Assembly: GCA_051942205.1 (NCBI GenBank)
Contig: JAVECO010000055.1
Coordinates: forward strand, 62,001 to 122,737
Reading direction: 5' to 3'
Origin: Coniocarpon cinnabarinum
Lineage: Eukaryota
Length of the DNA stretch: 60,737 nucleotides
A program made the translations under genes and the position numbers. The notes under the pieces were generated by a model, which worked only from the letters and a program-made list of their open reading frames with translations, had not been told where the DNA came from and ran no database searches. This document shows positions 1 through 12,092 of this stretch, piece after piece (positions within the stretch are counted from its first letter, which is position 1; each line of letters opens with the position of its first letter).

Positions 1-3000
1 GCATGTTGTTTTGGATGGGCGTGCCTGTCAATAGCAACCGATTGCGGCAGTGAAAGCCTAGCAAGCTCTTCCATCGCGAACTTTGTGATGACTTGATGGC
101 TTGAGCCTCATCCAGAATCATGTATTGCCACCGAATCTTCTGAAAGTACTGTGTATCTTGAACAACCAATTGGTACGATGTGACGAGCACATGGAACGGT
201 GAATCTTTGTTGTAGGTGATGTGCTTGCGATCCCAGAACTTTCTCAGCACCTTTCGATCTTTGGCATTGCCCCAGTATGGCAACACTTTGATACCAGGGA
301 CAAAGCGAGTGATTTCTTGCTGCCAATTGTGCAGTGTGGATGCGGGTGCAATGACGAGGAAAGGCCCCCAGATATTGTGCATCTCCGCTAGGTAGGCCAT
401 CACAGATATCGACTGCACCGTTTTGCCAAGACCCATTTCGTCAGCAAGGATGCCATTGATGCCTTGCTCGTAGAGGTTAACCAGCCAGTTGAGACCCTTG
501 AGCTGGTATTCTTTGAGCTGGCATGCCAGCATTCTGGGCTGTGCGATATCCATGCTCTGTAGCGACGTGGGATTTTGAAAGTTCATCTCACCGTCATCAA
601 ACTCTGACTGGAGCTGACCATCCGTATTGAAAGCCCGAGCGCGGTCTTGCGCCTCCTGGACCGCGTTCTGCGCATTGGCCATTGCGGCCTCCTGCAATGC
701 TGTCTCGTCCTCATTGTCAAAGTCGAGATCTTCAAAGTTCGTCACCTTGGCGCCTGGCTTGCCGACCTGGTCAGGCAAGTCGACCTTATGCGCCTTCGGA
801 TCGCCATCTTCTATGACTTGCTTCGAAGCAGCGACTTCGGTGGTCGACTTCTCCATCTCATCCGTCTTGACCTTCTTGCCAATGAAGTGGGAATACAGTT
901 CGGTCTGTGAGATCAAGAAGTTCAGCTTTCGCTTCTGTCTGTTGGCTTCACGATCTGCTTCAGCCTTTCTCGCATTCTCCAGTTCCTGCTTCTCAGCGTA
1001 CTTGCGCTGATCCCGCTCTTCACGCTCGTTGCGCTTCCAAAATGACAACATCTCACGCATGCCTCGTTTGCCCCTGGCTTGAGTGTCCTTTTGACTCTTG
1101 TTGGTCTTTTGCTGCCATCGTCGAGCTTCTTTGGAAGCCAATTGTGCAGTCTTCCTAAGATTTGATTGCTTGGTGGTCGTCGAGTAATCTTTGATTCGGT
1201 GCACTTTGGGTATGGCGTTGCGGGCGATGTCTTTCCAGATTTGAGCATAGAGCGAATCGTAAGTCTTGTTGTAGCTCGCGCCTGACTTGCCAACAGGGGA
1301 TGCATCACGAGCTGGGCTGAAGTCGCGAACGTCTCGCTTTGTGGCCACAGGAAGTGGCTCGCCCTTCGGCGCCAGCGGCATGAGATCGTCGCCGCGCTCC
1401 ATGGCGGCGTGAGCGGCGGCAGCAGCATCTTTCTCGGCTTGCTTTTGTTCCTTGCTCTTCTTAGGACGAGGACCACCGGTGCGCTGTTTCTTCTTGGGTG
1501 GCTCCTGAGACTGCTCTTCCATCATCTGGAAACTCCCCATGATACCACCATCAAGGTTCGGACCGAGTGGGGTTGCTTCACGGAGATCACGGTTGGGTAT
1601 TTCGCCGTTGAGGAGTCTCGTGGTGTTGGTGACCTTCTTCTCCGCCTTTTGGGCTTCCTTCATGAACTTCTCCTTTTCTTCTTGGTCGTTCGTCTCTTGA
1701 GCCTTTTGCTGGAAGTCGGCGGCGTCGCGCTCGTGCTTTTGCTTCTGCAACTCACGCCGGCGGTTGCGCTGCTGGACCTTCTTCTTCTCTTTCTCCTCGA
1801 GTACAGACTTCTGGTGGATCTCGTCCGCGACGGCCTTCTCGTTGGCATGCCGGAACTCCTCCTTGGCGATGATTGCACGGTTGCCAAAAGTCATGGCCAG
1901 CTTCTGTGTTTGAGCCATGCGTCGACGCTGTCAGTCGGGTTAGTCTACATCCTGTGTATGTACCATCGGGGGCTTGCAGTAGCTTACCTTGCGCTTCTGA
2001 CCCTCGAGATTCTCCACGCTTCGCCATCTTTTGAGTTGCCGTTCAGCATAATGTCGCTTGAAAGTTTCAAAACCCGTATCGTCGGGCTCGCTCATCTCCA
2101 TGTTGTCAATGCGTCTGAGGGCAGCTTCATAGTCCTTTTCGTTGATGAGGATTTTCGGCTTTGGTGGAGGAGTGGGTGCGACAGCCGGCTTTGACTTCTC
2201 CATGGCCGAGGCTTTCCTTGAATGCTGTTTGAGAGATGACGTTCTTGGCCTCGGTGATGGATTCATCTGTATGTCATTCTTCAGACGCTCGTGGGCAGAT
2301 GAAGTGTGTCGATGGCGCGTCGGTGACTGGACCGGCGGCAGTGGAGCGCGTGGGAGGTCGGGTGAAGTCTGCTGGGTGATCGTCGAGGACTGGGTGGTCT
2401 TGCGTGTTGATGGAGGAGAGCGCGGCGGCGGTGGTCGAGTATCATCGGCGTCGGCGAGGATGTTTGAAAAGGACATGGGGTTTGCCGCACGCTTCGGTGA
2501 CTGTGCCTCGCGTCAGTGAACGTCAATGCAAGGTGGTCTTGGCGATGGTGACTTACAGTTTGGGGCGTGTGCTCACTGACGGCGACGGCGGCCGGGGGAG
2601 GCGCCATGTTGTGATGGACCGGCCTCAGCGGCGGTGACCTGTACTGTAGTTCGGGCGATCGATACGTCTGTGCCACGTGCCGCACGACAGGAGATGTCTG
2701 AGATCTCGACGGGGAGGTGGGCGATGCGTGATGCGGCTGAGGGGGATCATGTAGTGATGGCGGATAATTACTGAATGAGTTTTTCCTCTGCGTCGTGCAC
2801 GTCAGCTCGTGTCATGGGTGACTGCGTTGCGGGCGCTGAAGACAAAGAAGGGCGCGTCGCGGGAGCCGTCGGTCACTTGTTCACTTACCAGCACGGGCGA
2901 CCTGTCGCCGGAGTGGTGCCAGGTCTGCTTCTGTCCTCTCTCTTCGGCAGTCGGATCGTAGAAGGTCTTGGGCGGGCGTGTGGGTGCCGGATAGGAGGAG

Positions 3001-3185
3001 TTGCCGTTCACAGCCGGCCCAGCAGCGTGCGGCGCAGAGGTTGGTGGTGGTGGTGAGAGACGTCGGTCGTCGCGACTGGGATAGCGATGGTGGCCGTATG
3101 GGTCGGGCGGGCCATGGTGGGAGTCGGGGGGAGAAGCAGGCGAGCGAGGCGAAGGGAATGCTGCTGCGCTGGGGCTGTTGTACAT
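1..3185 (-). CDS. INO80: Chromatin-remodelling ATPase INO80 (5' part; gene runs off the left edge). Predicted exons 3185-2889, 2770-2557, 2500-1988, 1927-<1
   Basis: Minus-strand translation shows the DBINO region (QIWKDIAR...[16 protein letters not shown]...[18 protein letters not shown]) and SNF2 helicase motifs ([45 protein letters not shown]). GTAAG donors and CAG acceptors at the predicted junctions. Confidence 0.95.
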
Positions 3186-3382
3186 TGTTGCGGCTCTTGG
3201 CGAGCAGCGCCTGGGGGATGGGCGATGGGGGACGCGCCGGGTTACTCCATGGGCTGTTTCGTGCCTATTGGCTCAGCCGGCCGTGCACGAGGTCGGCAGC
3301 GCGGTGGTGGGAGCGCGCGTGCAGATGGATGGAAGGGCAGCGACGGCGAGGGCAGCGAGGCAAGACAGAGGAGAGGAAGAAG

Positions 3383-3384
<2 letters not shown>

Positions 3385-3417
<33 letters not shown>
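3385..3417 (+). repeat. (CAG)n microsatellite upstream of INO80
   Basis: About 11 tandem CAG units visible directly. Confidence 0.9.
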
Positions 3418-3418
<1 letters not shown>

Positions 3419-4602
3419 GAAGAGTGGGCATGATGGGGGGGAGAGATGTGGGTTGGGTTTGGATTCACTCGGGCTGAGCAGTGCGTTTGGCGTGGACAGT
3501 CGACGACTAACTACAGACACCTCAGATTCTGCTCGCTGCCACGCTGCATGCCCGTCTTCTGCGTCGCTTCATCGTCGGTGCGCCACGACTCGCGGACGTG
3601 GCGCCGACATCATTGTGTGGTCTTCCTTTTCCTTTGTTCTGATGCACCGCCGTCAGCAGTTCTGTCTCGTCATATTGTGCTCTGTCGGGCAAGGCTCCGC
3701 CCTGGTCTCCGGCGCCACCGGGTTCGAAGCAAGGCCATTACTCCGTCGCAGGAGGCCGTCCATCAAACAGATTGCAAATCGGTGGGCGGATCAGAGCTCC
3801 CGGATTGCGAATGCACGCGTGACGCTAGGCCCCTTCTAGCAGCACGTGATGCTCTCATCCAGTAACGCGGCGGCAGGTCTCCAAGTCACCCAGTAACATC
3901 ACCCTGCCTGCATCATCGTTTCGCTCTGTGACAAATGTAGATACTTTGCCACCCCACACAGAATAAGACGGGAGCAATGCCAAAACCTGCAAACACCCAC
4001 GCAACCCCACTTCTGGCTCATATTGATCAGCTGTCTCGTTTGCAATCACTATGAAGACACAACCACTCCAGTTGGAGGAAGTGGCAAATTGATTGAGAGT
4101 GCAGCTGCGTGCCGCAAGCAGCCGGGAATACCTGAAATGGGCCACGAGGGTGCATACATACGTACCGGGCGCGCATTTGGAGGGCATCGAGCCCCGAAAC
4201 GTGACTTGCTGTGGCAAGTACCTGTTTCCTGCACATATGCAGCTGAAGTACTGTTGCTTGTCTCGTCCTGCTGCATGTTCCGCGAGACATTACGTTCGCG
4301 CAAGCTACACCGCTCGTCACAGCTCTTGTCGGAAGGGAAAGACTTCCGAATAGCTTCTGGTTCATGCTGAGCTCTCAGCTCCGTGTCCTACAAAGGTAGA
4401 CAAGGTCAACTCATGCTAGTATAATACACGCTAGAACCCGGCAGCATCAACGCTACCTACCCCATGCTGGTCACAAGTGTCTGTCTTCATGTCTCTCCTT
4501 GCTAAAACACCACGCCATGCATTCTGCCCTCGAATGCCTCGCCGCCCTCGACGTTGACATTACTTTCGTAGCAAAACCGCCGCATCAAGAATCTCGAGAA
4601 TA

Positions 4603-6310
4603 TCAAATCTCGACCGTCTTCATCTCGCCTGAGGGATTTCGGTTGTGTTGGAACGCCTCCAGATTCTGCACCCCCAATCCTCGGGGCTCACCGTTGGGCA
4701 CATTCTCCTTGCCATCCGCGACAGACATGGACTCTCGTAACGGCGTGCCAGTGTTGACTTCGGATTTGATGTCAATGCTTGCTCGTGGTGTGCTTTCAGT
4801 GGACACGAGCTTCTCTGTTCGTGGAAACGATTCTTTCCGCGGCGAGTTGCTCTGTAAATTCGAAGCAAGTGGCAACTCCTCGTTCACCCGAGCTAACGGG
4901 CTGCCCATTCTTCCTGCCTCACGAGGGCTTACCGTGCCATTCGTCATCCGAGAAAATCGTTGCGGTGATCTTCCACGTTCACCGTCCACGCTGGTTGTCG
5001 GTGAGCCGTATGGCGAGCCTCGACCAATGCCCGCTGCGTTGCCGATGCGTGTGTCAAGAGGAGCGCCAGGAGGACCTGATTTCTTGCGTGCCTTGCGCCC
5101 GTACTTCTGATCCGCCCGCCACCGCAAGATTTCCAAATAGGGCGGTTCTGCATTCTTGAATGCGCGTAACTTCATCTCGCCGCTGTCTTCATTGATTTCG
5201 ACTTTGCCAGAGAGGAGGTCATCAGCGAAGGTCGCCAGGAGAGCGGCCCACGAGCGCGCCACGACGTATTTGCAGTCATAGTCGCGTCCGCAGAGGATGA
5301 CTTGGCCCCATTTCCCTGCGGGTCCGGGTGCGAGGTCGACTGCCAAGTTGTTGCCTCCCCAGTCACGAGCAAGTGGAATCCAACTGGGATGAGAGTATGC
5401 TTTTTGAATCGCTCCGGACGGTTGTGAGTCTTGACGGTTGAGCAAGTCTTCCTTCCAGTGCGAATTTGCGGCCTTGGCGTCATTGACGCCGTTAGGATTT
5501 GCTGAGGAGGATGGCAACCCGTCCAGTGCTTTGGACGACATTGCTCCATCCAACGCCTTGGGCGAAGGCTGAACCGACTGTTGCTGGACGCTGTTTGGTC
5601 TCGAGAAATACTCCTCATTCACAGTCCGCCAATTCTTCCATTCCTGTACGATCTCTTCACAGTCCAATAACATGGATGAGAAAATCACACCGGTAGGTCG
5701 CCCGCCCCTCTCCTGCCCATCATGTGCCATCAAAGATTCTCGAACTTCGAGCGGAAGTGTGCAGTCAAGTTCGTGTTCTAGCTCATTGATGTCGTTCTGG
5801 GTGCAGCCGTCGCCAAGATTGTCCCATAGTTCTTGGTATTTATCCTCTAACCACCCATCAATGCGTTTCCACGAATGACTGACAGGCGGAGGAGGTGGCA
5901 GACCATCACTGAAAGCCTGCATCTGTATTTCTGTCGAATCGCTGCGAGCAGTAGTAGCCTGCGATTGATCACCAGACTGTGTTCGATGCATCGCTGAGCG
6001 CATCCCCGGCGTATACGGGCTGCTGGCAACCATGGGAGATTTGTTGGTTGCGAGAGGATCCGAAGGGTCTGGAGTCGTCAAGTCCATTCGTGACTCATCA
6101 GCGTTGGTCGCGACAGAGGTCAGGGGTGCATGGCGGCTCTGTGCGAGAGGGACGTGCTGGCCCGTCCGGTAAGGGGAGTCGTGCGAAGCGTGGCGGTCAT
6201 TCGACGTCATGGTGTGCCAGAAGGAGCGCCATGCTGTAGCGATTCTGTATCGACAGTAAGCTTCGTTGCGCCATATAATCAGTGTTAGTAAAGCGAACGT
6301 ACCCAGCCAT
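4603..6310 (-). CDS. SMI1: SMI1/KNR4 cell-wall glucan synthesis regulator. Exons 6310-6303 and 6244-4603
   Basis: Spliced start MAGIATAWRSFWHTMTSNDRHASHDSPYRTG. SMI1_KNR4 core: SWKRIDGWLED...LGDGCTQNDINELEHELDCTLPLEVRES...HDGQE...WIPLARDWGGNNLAVDLAPGPAGKWGQVI. Intron GTACGT...CAG. Confidence 0.93.
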
Positions 6311-7303
6311 GGCGCCAGACAAAAGTCGGGTTGTACAGTAGAGTGACCGATGAAAACAAGAGCTACTGGAGAACCATTACTGCCCGTACCGAGTCTGCGA
6401 CTTCTCGCTCCACGAGCGTTCGACGCGAGCGACACCCGTAGCCGCGTAGTGACGCGAGAACAGGTGGATGAGCGGAGCCCAAGAGATGTTGGAAGGGATA
6501 GTCAATGAGGTACAGAGATGGACTGAACTCCTGGCGCGACAGCCCAGCAGAGACCCACACGTTTTGTCGAGTGCAGGGAGATCAATTGCAAGTGCTGCTC
6601 AGGCGAGAGTTCGACTGCCTCTGGTCAAAGTCTGGAATGACGAAGCGCGGCAGTAGTGAGGGCCGAGGACGGGCGAGAGACTTTTCGAGAAGGATGTACC
6701 TCCACGCCAAAGGAATGATGAATTTGGCGAGTTTAGCTGGCTGCGGCAGTTTGGGGGTGGCCCGTGCGCCGGCAAATCAGGGCAGGGTCTCTTCCTTTTA
6801 GGCGCGCAGCGTCAACAAGCACTCCCTCCCTTTGCGTATGGAGGAGAGAAGCACGCCGCCTTCGAGCCGCGCAGGTCAAGCAGGTAGTGATCTTGGATGG
6901 CGCACAGCCGCACGCTCAAGGGGAAATTGCGCCACGGCCAAGTTCCGCAAGAATTGTGTTGTGCAAGGGGCCAGTGGGCGTGGACTGTGTCGTGACTGGG
7001 TTGCCGTGGTCACCAAACGAAATGGACCCTGCGAGGATCTCCCAGCATAGGTACAGAGCAGAAGTTGGCACTACGGGCTTCCCCAAGGAACCCGAATGCA
7101 CTGGCTCTCAGCATTCTGCCTATTCGACTCGCAGATACTTTCGTCATCTTCTATATCGTACAACAGAGCCACTGGCGATCATGCCAATCCTTCATGATCC
7201 CAGTCGAGCGCACACCTGCTGGTGTGCGCTGTTGATCTATTAGTGAACCCATTGCCGGTCCCTCTTGCGCCATTGTGAACTCCCACGCCGAGCAACGTGC
7301 ATC

Positions 7304-10178
7304 TTAGACGCCATCCGCTTCCGCCGTGTCCATGTTGTCCACGCCATCCTCGTCGTGCGTCTCCGTGACGGCCGCCGCCGCCGCCGCCTTCGCCGCGGGA
7401 TCCACAGGCTCGGGCCAGCGCAGCATGCCCTCTTTCACTTTCTTCTCCTGGGCAGCCAGCCTGCGCCGGAAGACGCGAAGCCACTTGAGTCCCCACGCCT
7501 TCAAGAGCGCCAGCTGAGCACCGTCGCGAATCTCGCGGTCCTCAGGGCCTTCACCCACCACTTCACCCATTCCTTCCTCCATCATGCCGTCGTTGTTGCC
7601 CTCTGCAACGCCCACAAGTACATCCTCCATCATTCTGAACAACTCGCGCGTGTTCGTCGTCTCTGTGTTCAAGGTGTCTTCAATCTGCTCCGCTTGTGGT
7701 TTCGGAATGCCCTGTTCTCCACGAGAAGCGACGAGCTGGTTGACGCGATTCATGACTTTCCCAACCGTAGCAGACACGATTTCGTAGAGCCATGTCTCTG
7801 GCAATTTGATCCCAGCCTTGAAAGATGACGGGTTGGTGATGCCGAAAGCCCAGTCAACGACAGAAGTAGGAGTGATGATCCCGTAATTGAGGAGTTTGTC
7901 AACCAGGGAGACGGCCACACCGGTTTGAGTGTTGCGCCAATAATTGACCACCGAAGCCACGATCTGAACACGGTTCACATTTGCGACAGCGCCAGGTTCC
8001 AAGTCGTCCGCGTTGGGTGGAAGCAATGGGTCTTGAGAGAAGGAGGCGAGCTGATCCTTGTGACGCTCGACGAAAGACAGAGCATGAGACAACGACTTGG
8101 AGCCCACGTAGCAAAGAGTAGTCACAAAGGTATCAATGGCCAGAAGTTGTGGAGACGGGTGTGTGGAGTCTTTGGAGGCCGTCGCAATGATCTGTTCGAT
8201 GAGCAAGACGATTTCTTCCTCTGGCTTCTGTGAACGCAGACAGTCGACAATGCCCTTGGCCTCGCTGTGAAACGGCGCACTCTCCGGTCGATACTTCCAC
8301 TCCGGGATATCGTTGTCCATGCTGCTGGGTATACACTTGGCAAGAGGCTCGGGCACGCTCTGGCGAATGCGCTTGGCGAAGGAGAGACGAACTTCCTTGT
8401 CGAGAAGACCCAAGATAAAAGCTTTGCGTGGTTGGATTCGGGAAAGACTGGCATCATCCACCCATTCGACCCACTTCCAACGGAAGTCAAAGTTTGACAA
8501 ATGATGCGCAAACCAGTCAGTGTATCGGTAGATGAGCTCAACGTCCAGAGTCTCGAGATTGCGATAGAGAAAGCGTATGGCACGACCGAGACTGGGTGCT
8601 ATCGAAGTTGGGGCCTGAGTGCACATCTCAATAATGACTGAGTGATAGTAGACGGCTCGGTGCTCAAGGTTGGGCAGCTTCATGATTTGGGAAAACAGTG
8701 CGTCGATTGCCACGTCTTCCGTCTTCCAAGTGGGTGTTCCCACTGGAGCATCGCGCACCAAGTCAAATTGCGTTGCTCGCTTGGCAAATGTATCCTTCGG
8801 CCAATAGCAGTCCAGTTCAACCAGGTATTTCGCCACACGTGTGCGATTGAAGTCGAGGATGTTGATGGTATCGACAACCACGTCACGAATGATGGAAGAA
8901 GCAAGATGTTTGGTTGGCGGAACAGTCTCAACATCCTGATCTGCGTAGAGCGAGAAATATACCTCCGGAAACAGAGGCTGCGGTCCAGGGTTGATTGTTG
9001 CGGGGACAGCAAAGACAGGAAAGTCGTGCTTCTTGCCCGCCTCGCTGATGTCGGACATAAGGTTCTTGTCAGAGGAGTCTTCAAAGTAATGGGGAAGAAA
9101 CTTGAGCATCCACTGGCCGCTCTCTTCACTGCGAAGCTGTAATTGAAGTATCTTCACAACAGGTTGAAGCTCAGGCGGATTCTCGCCCTCTACGGCAACA
9201 TATGGGCTGATCATGTCTTCAGATGCAGGAGGTGCAGCGGCAATGACTTCGGTCTTGTCTAGCATCTCGGACGCCTTTTGCTTGAGTTGTTCGCGGTGTG
9301 TGCCCGGTGCTGCAACAACGAAGGGAATGGTCAGAAGGATGACTTTGGTGATCTCAAGACCAATTGCCTATAGCATGTTAGCCTCGATGTCAACGGTATG
9401 AGATGTAGCATACAACGCACGTCATCTGCTGATGCAGCTTGCAGATCCACGGCCCGGTTGAAAAGTTGTTCTAAAACATCAAAGATAACTGTACCCTCGA
9501 AAAGTCCATGGGCGCAAGCGAAGAAGCGTAGGAGGAGTTTAAGGGTGCGCCAATCTCCAGCTTCGATGGCTTGTTGCGCACGGGCGCTGTATTTTGGGAG
9601 TAAAGTCTCGACGATGTCAGGCTGCTTCAAGTTCAGATTGAGGACTATTCCAGCCATGAAAGGAATCTTCAGAGGATGTTCAAGGACCCTACAGAATAAT
9701 CAGCTTCGGCCTCGAGGACATGGCTTTGGAGAACGTACATGTTGACCAAAAGGTCCAGGGCGTGCTCTCGAAAGAAGTCATCCTGCCAGTCCTTGACAAT
9801 CATGCTTGCAAGATCTTTGACGTCTTCAATGGCATTGCGCATGGGCTGTTGAAGGATTAGCTTGGGCTTCTCATGAGCTTTTACCTCCGAAACAGCTTAC
9901 AGAGTCACTGATCTCAACGACGTCGCGGCGCAATTTAGGCCATGGCTGCTCGCGACGAGGTGGCAGTGGGCGATCAAGACCATCGTCTTCATCATACTCT
10001 GCGTCGATAGTCAGCGTCTGCAATACGCCATTGCTAAATCTCTGACTAGGTTCAGTGTACCTCTAAAGTTGCGTTTGCGGCCGCCCCCTCCACCATTGTA
10101 GTTCTGGTTGCGATATCCACCACGCCTGCCTCCCCGTGGACGATCATTACGGTAGGGCCGCTCCTCGAACGGCGGCAT
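7304..10178 (-). CDS. STO1: Nuclear cap-binding complex large subunit CBP80/Sto1 (MIF4G-like domains), multi-exon; may have an upstream spliced extension (see findings)
   Basis: N-terminal RGG/NLS-like MPPFEERP...GGRKRNFR. Conserved blocks EHPLKIPFMAG, WRTLKLLLRF, YYHSVIIEMC..APTSIAPSLGRAIRFLY, WFAHHLSNFDFRWKWVEW, KEVRLSFAKRIR, GSKSLSHALS. Confidence 0.92.
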
Positions 10179-10461
10179 GTTGTTCAGCTGTCCGCCCTCC
10201 GTATGAAGGGGATTGGAGTGGTGATCGCGGGACTCCCAAACACTCTGTGCCGGAGCATACAGGCTTGTCTGGGTGCGAATGCGCTGCTACTTTTTTGTTA
10301 GATCAGATGCGCTGTCGAGGGCAGCTTGTACTTACAGCTTGAGGATCATAGGCGTGAGAGTGACTTGGTGCATTGATCTCGGTAGTGCCACGAGTGAGCT
10401 TGGAAGAGTCAGTGGCCTTCTATTTTAGGAAATTACGTATCCCTGCCACCGCCTTCCATTC

Positions 10462-11034
10462 TCACTCTCTCACCTCCACGTCGAAGTTGGGGAGACTCAC
10501 CATTGCCTTTGGTGCACGTGGTGCTCCTTTCTCAATAGACCATGACTCCATGTCACGGTCGACGTTGTTCAGTTCGTCGTAAAACTTATCGATCTTGGCC
10601 CGGGCTTCAAGCTCGCGTTCTTCGGCCAGTTTCCTATCGACTTCACGTTCGCGCTCTTTGGCCTCCTCCTCAGCGATTTCTGCCTCAGTAAAATGATATT
10701 CAAGCTCAATGTCAACGTCAATATCATCTGTCTTCTTGAGAAATTTCCTTCTCCACTCTTCGTATCGCTCGTCGCCGTAAGGAGGACTAGGAGGCACTTC
10801 CCCCTCTTCGAGGTCGCTTTCCTCGTCGGACGGCTTGTAGTCGGTAGAATCGTCGTCCTCATTAGCTTCAAGGAGCTTATCATGCTGAAGATTAACACCT
10901 TCCGTGTCCTTCTGGGCTCTCTTTTCGTTGTTCTCCTCCGACGTCCCAAGGTCGTGAGGCTTGAGATGCGCACCAGCTGTAGTTGTGTCAGGATTCCCAG
11001 CCTGATCGCGTTCGTTCTTCTGTTCAGAAGCCAT
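10462..11034 (-). CDS. Acidic 190-aa ORF with coiled-coil segment and SDLEEGEV motif; either a stand-alone orphan or the first exon of an extended CBP80
   Basis: ATG-started open frame with protein-like, strongly D/E/K-biased composition. GTGAGT donor at 10500 allows splicing towards CBP80. Confidence 0.65.
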   Translation of the reverse strand: MASEQKNERDQAGNPDTTTAGAHLKPHDLGTSEENNEKRAQKDTEGVNLQHDKLLEANEDDDSTDYKPSDEESDLEEGEVPPSPPYGDERYEEWRRKFLKKTDDIDVDIELEYHFTEAEIAEEEAKEREREVDRKLAEERELEARAKIDKFYDELNNVDRDMESWSIEKGAPRAPKAMVSLPNFDVEVRE

Positions 11035-12092
11035 ATTAGTCTCAAAAGCCCAAGCAACGGCCCCAACGAAAGATAATCAACTACTGCTGCTGCCGCGCGG
11101 GTTCAACTGAAAAACGCTTATAGGACAAAAGGAAACAGTACGAAAGGTTGACGCGATGTCAGTCTACGTGCTCGGGTAGAGCAAAAGATGAGATCGCGAA
11201 TGCGGTGAGATGTGTTGGAAGGAGGGGATGAAGGATGGGCGAATGTGCAGGGAAAGTGAGGAAGAAGAGCGAGGGAGGAAGGAGTGGAAAGAAGTGTGAG
11301 CTCCGGAGCAAAAGTAAAAGTAATGTGAGAGTGACGACAAGTAGCGTGTTCGAGGTGAAAGGCTCAGCAAGCACATGCTTTTCACATGCATGACGGAAAA
11401 CAGACTTCAAGGCAAACACATGCACGATGATGCCTTTCGATGCTAGGTGTATCAGGTGTTTCCACGACCGAATTCTGCCAAGGCAAGAAACAGGCTGACC
11501 AATGCAATTGCAAACCATACCACAGACGTAACACAAAACAGGGAAGAAGACTGTATCCTGAAAACGCATTTATATCCAAGCTTTCATAACTAGCGAACAA
11601 GGATTGCCACCTCTGCTCAAAATTCTGCTCGAGGAAAGTGGAAACACGAAGGGAGTGAGGTTCATTCGCTTCTCTGACTCGTCCCTCGCAGTGATGAGAC
11701 CAAGGGTCAATATCAGGAATAGTAGCCAGCTTGTGCAGCCAGCTAACCTTCCACGAGCCGGGCGCGTGGTCGTTTGTACGTACAGTCATAGCAAACCGCA
11801 TCTGCGCTCATTCATAGGTTATACCACCTACATCAACATGGTCATCCTCGACAGCATTCAAGCTCTGCCCATGGCTCGCAGTGCCATTTCATTGCCTTCC
11901 ACATGGAATCTGACTCGCCACTTCGATATGGACGGTCGCGCCACGTTGGGAACACCAACGCCGAGACTGGACGCCTGCAGCACCAACTTGTAGACCAGTC
12001 TGCGGGCGGGCGAACCGAGAGAAGAACAGACCAAGGGGATATATCATTTTCTCGTGTCATGGCTACGTTTCATATGCAGACGAGGGGAAATG

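Noticed and set aside
627..2194. Plus-strand ORFs 627-1010 and 1409-2194, the second very hydrophobic
   Set aside because: Antisense shadows of the K/E-rich INO80 coding sequence.
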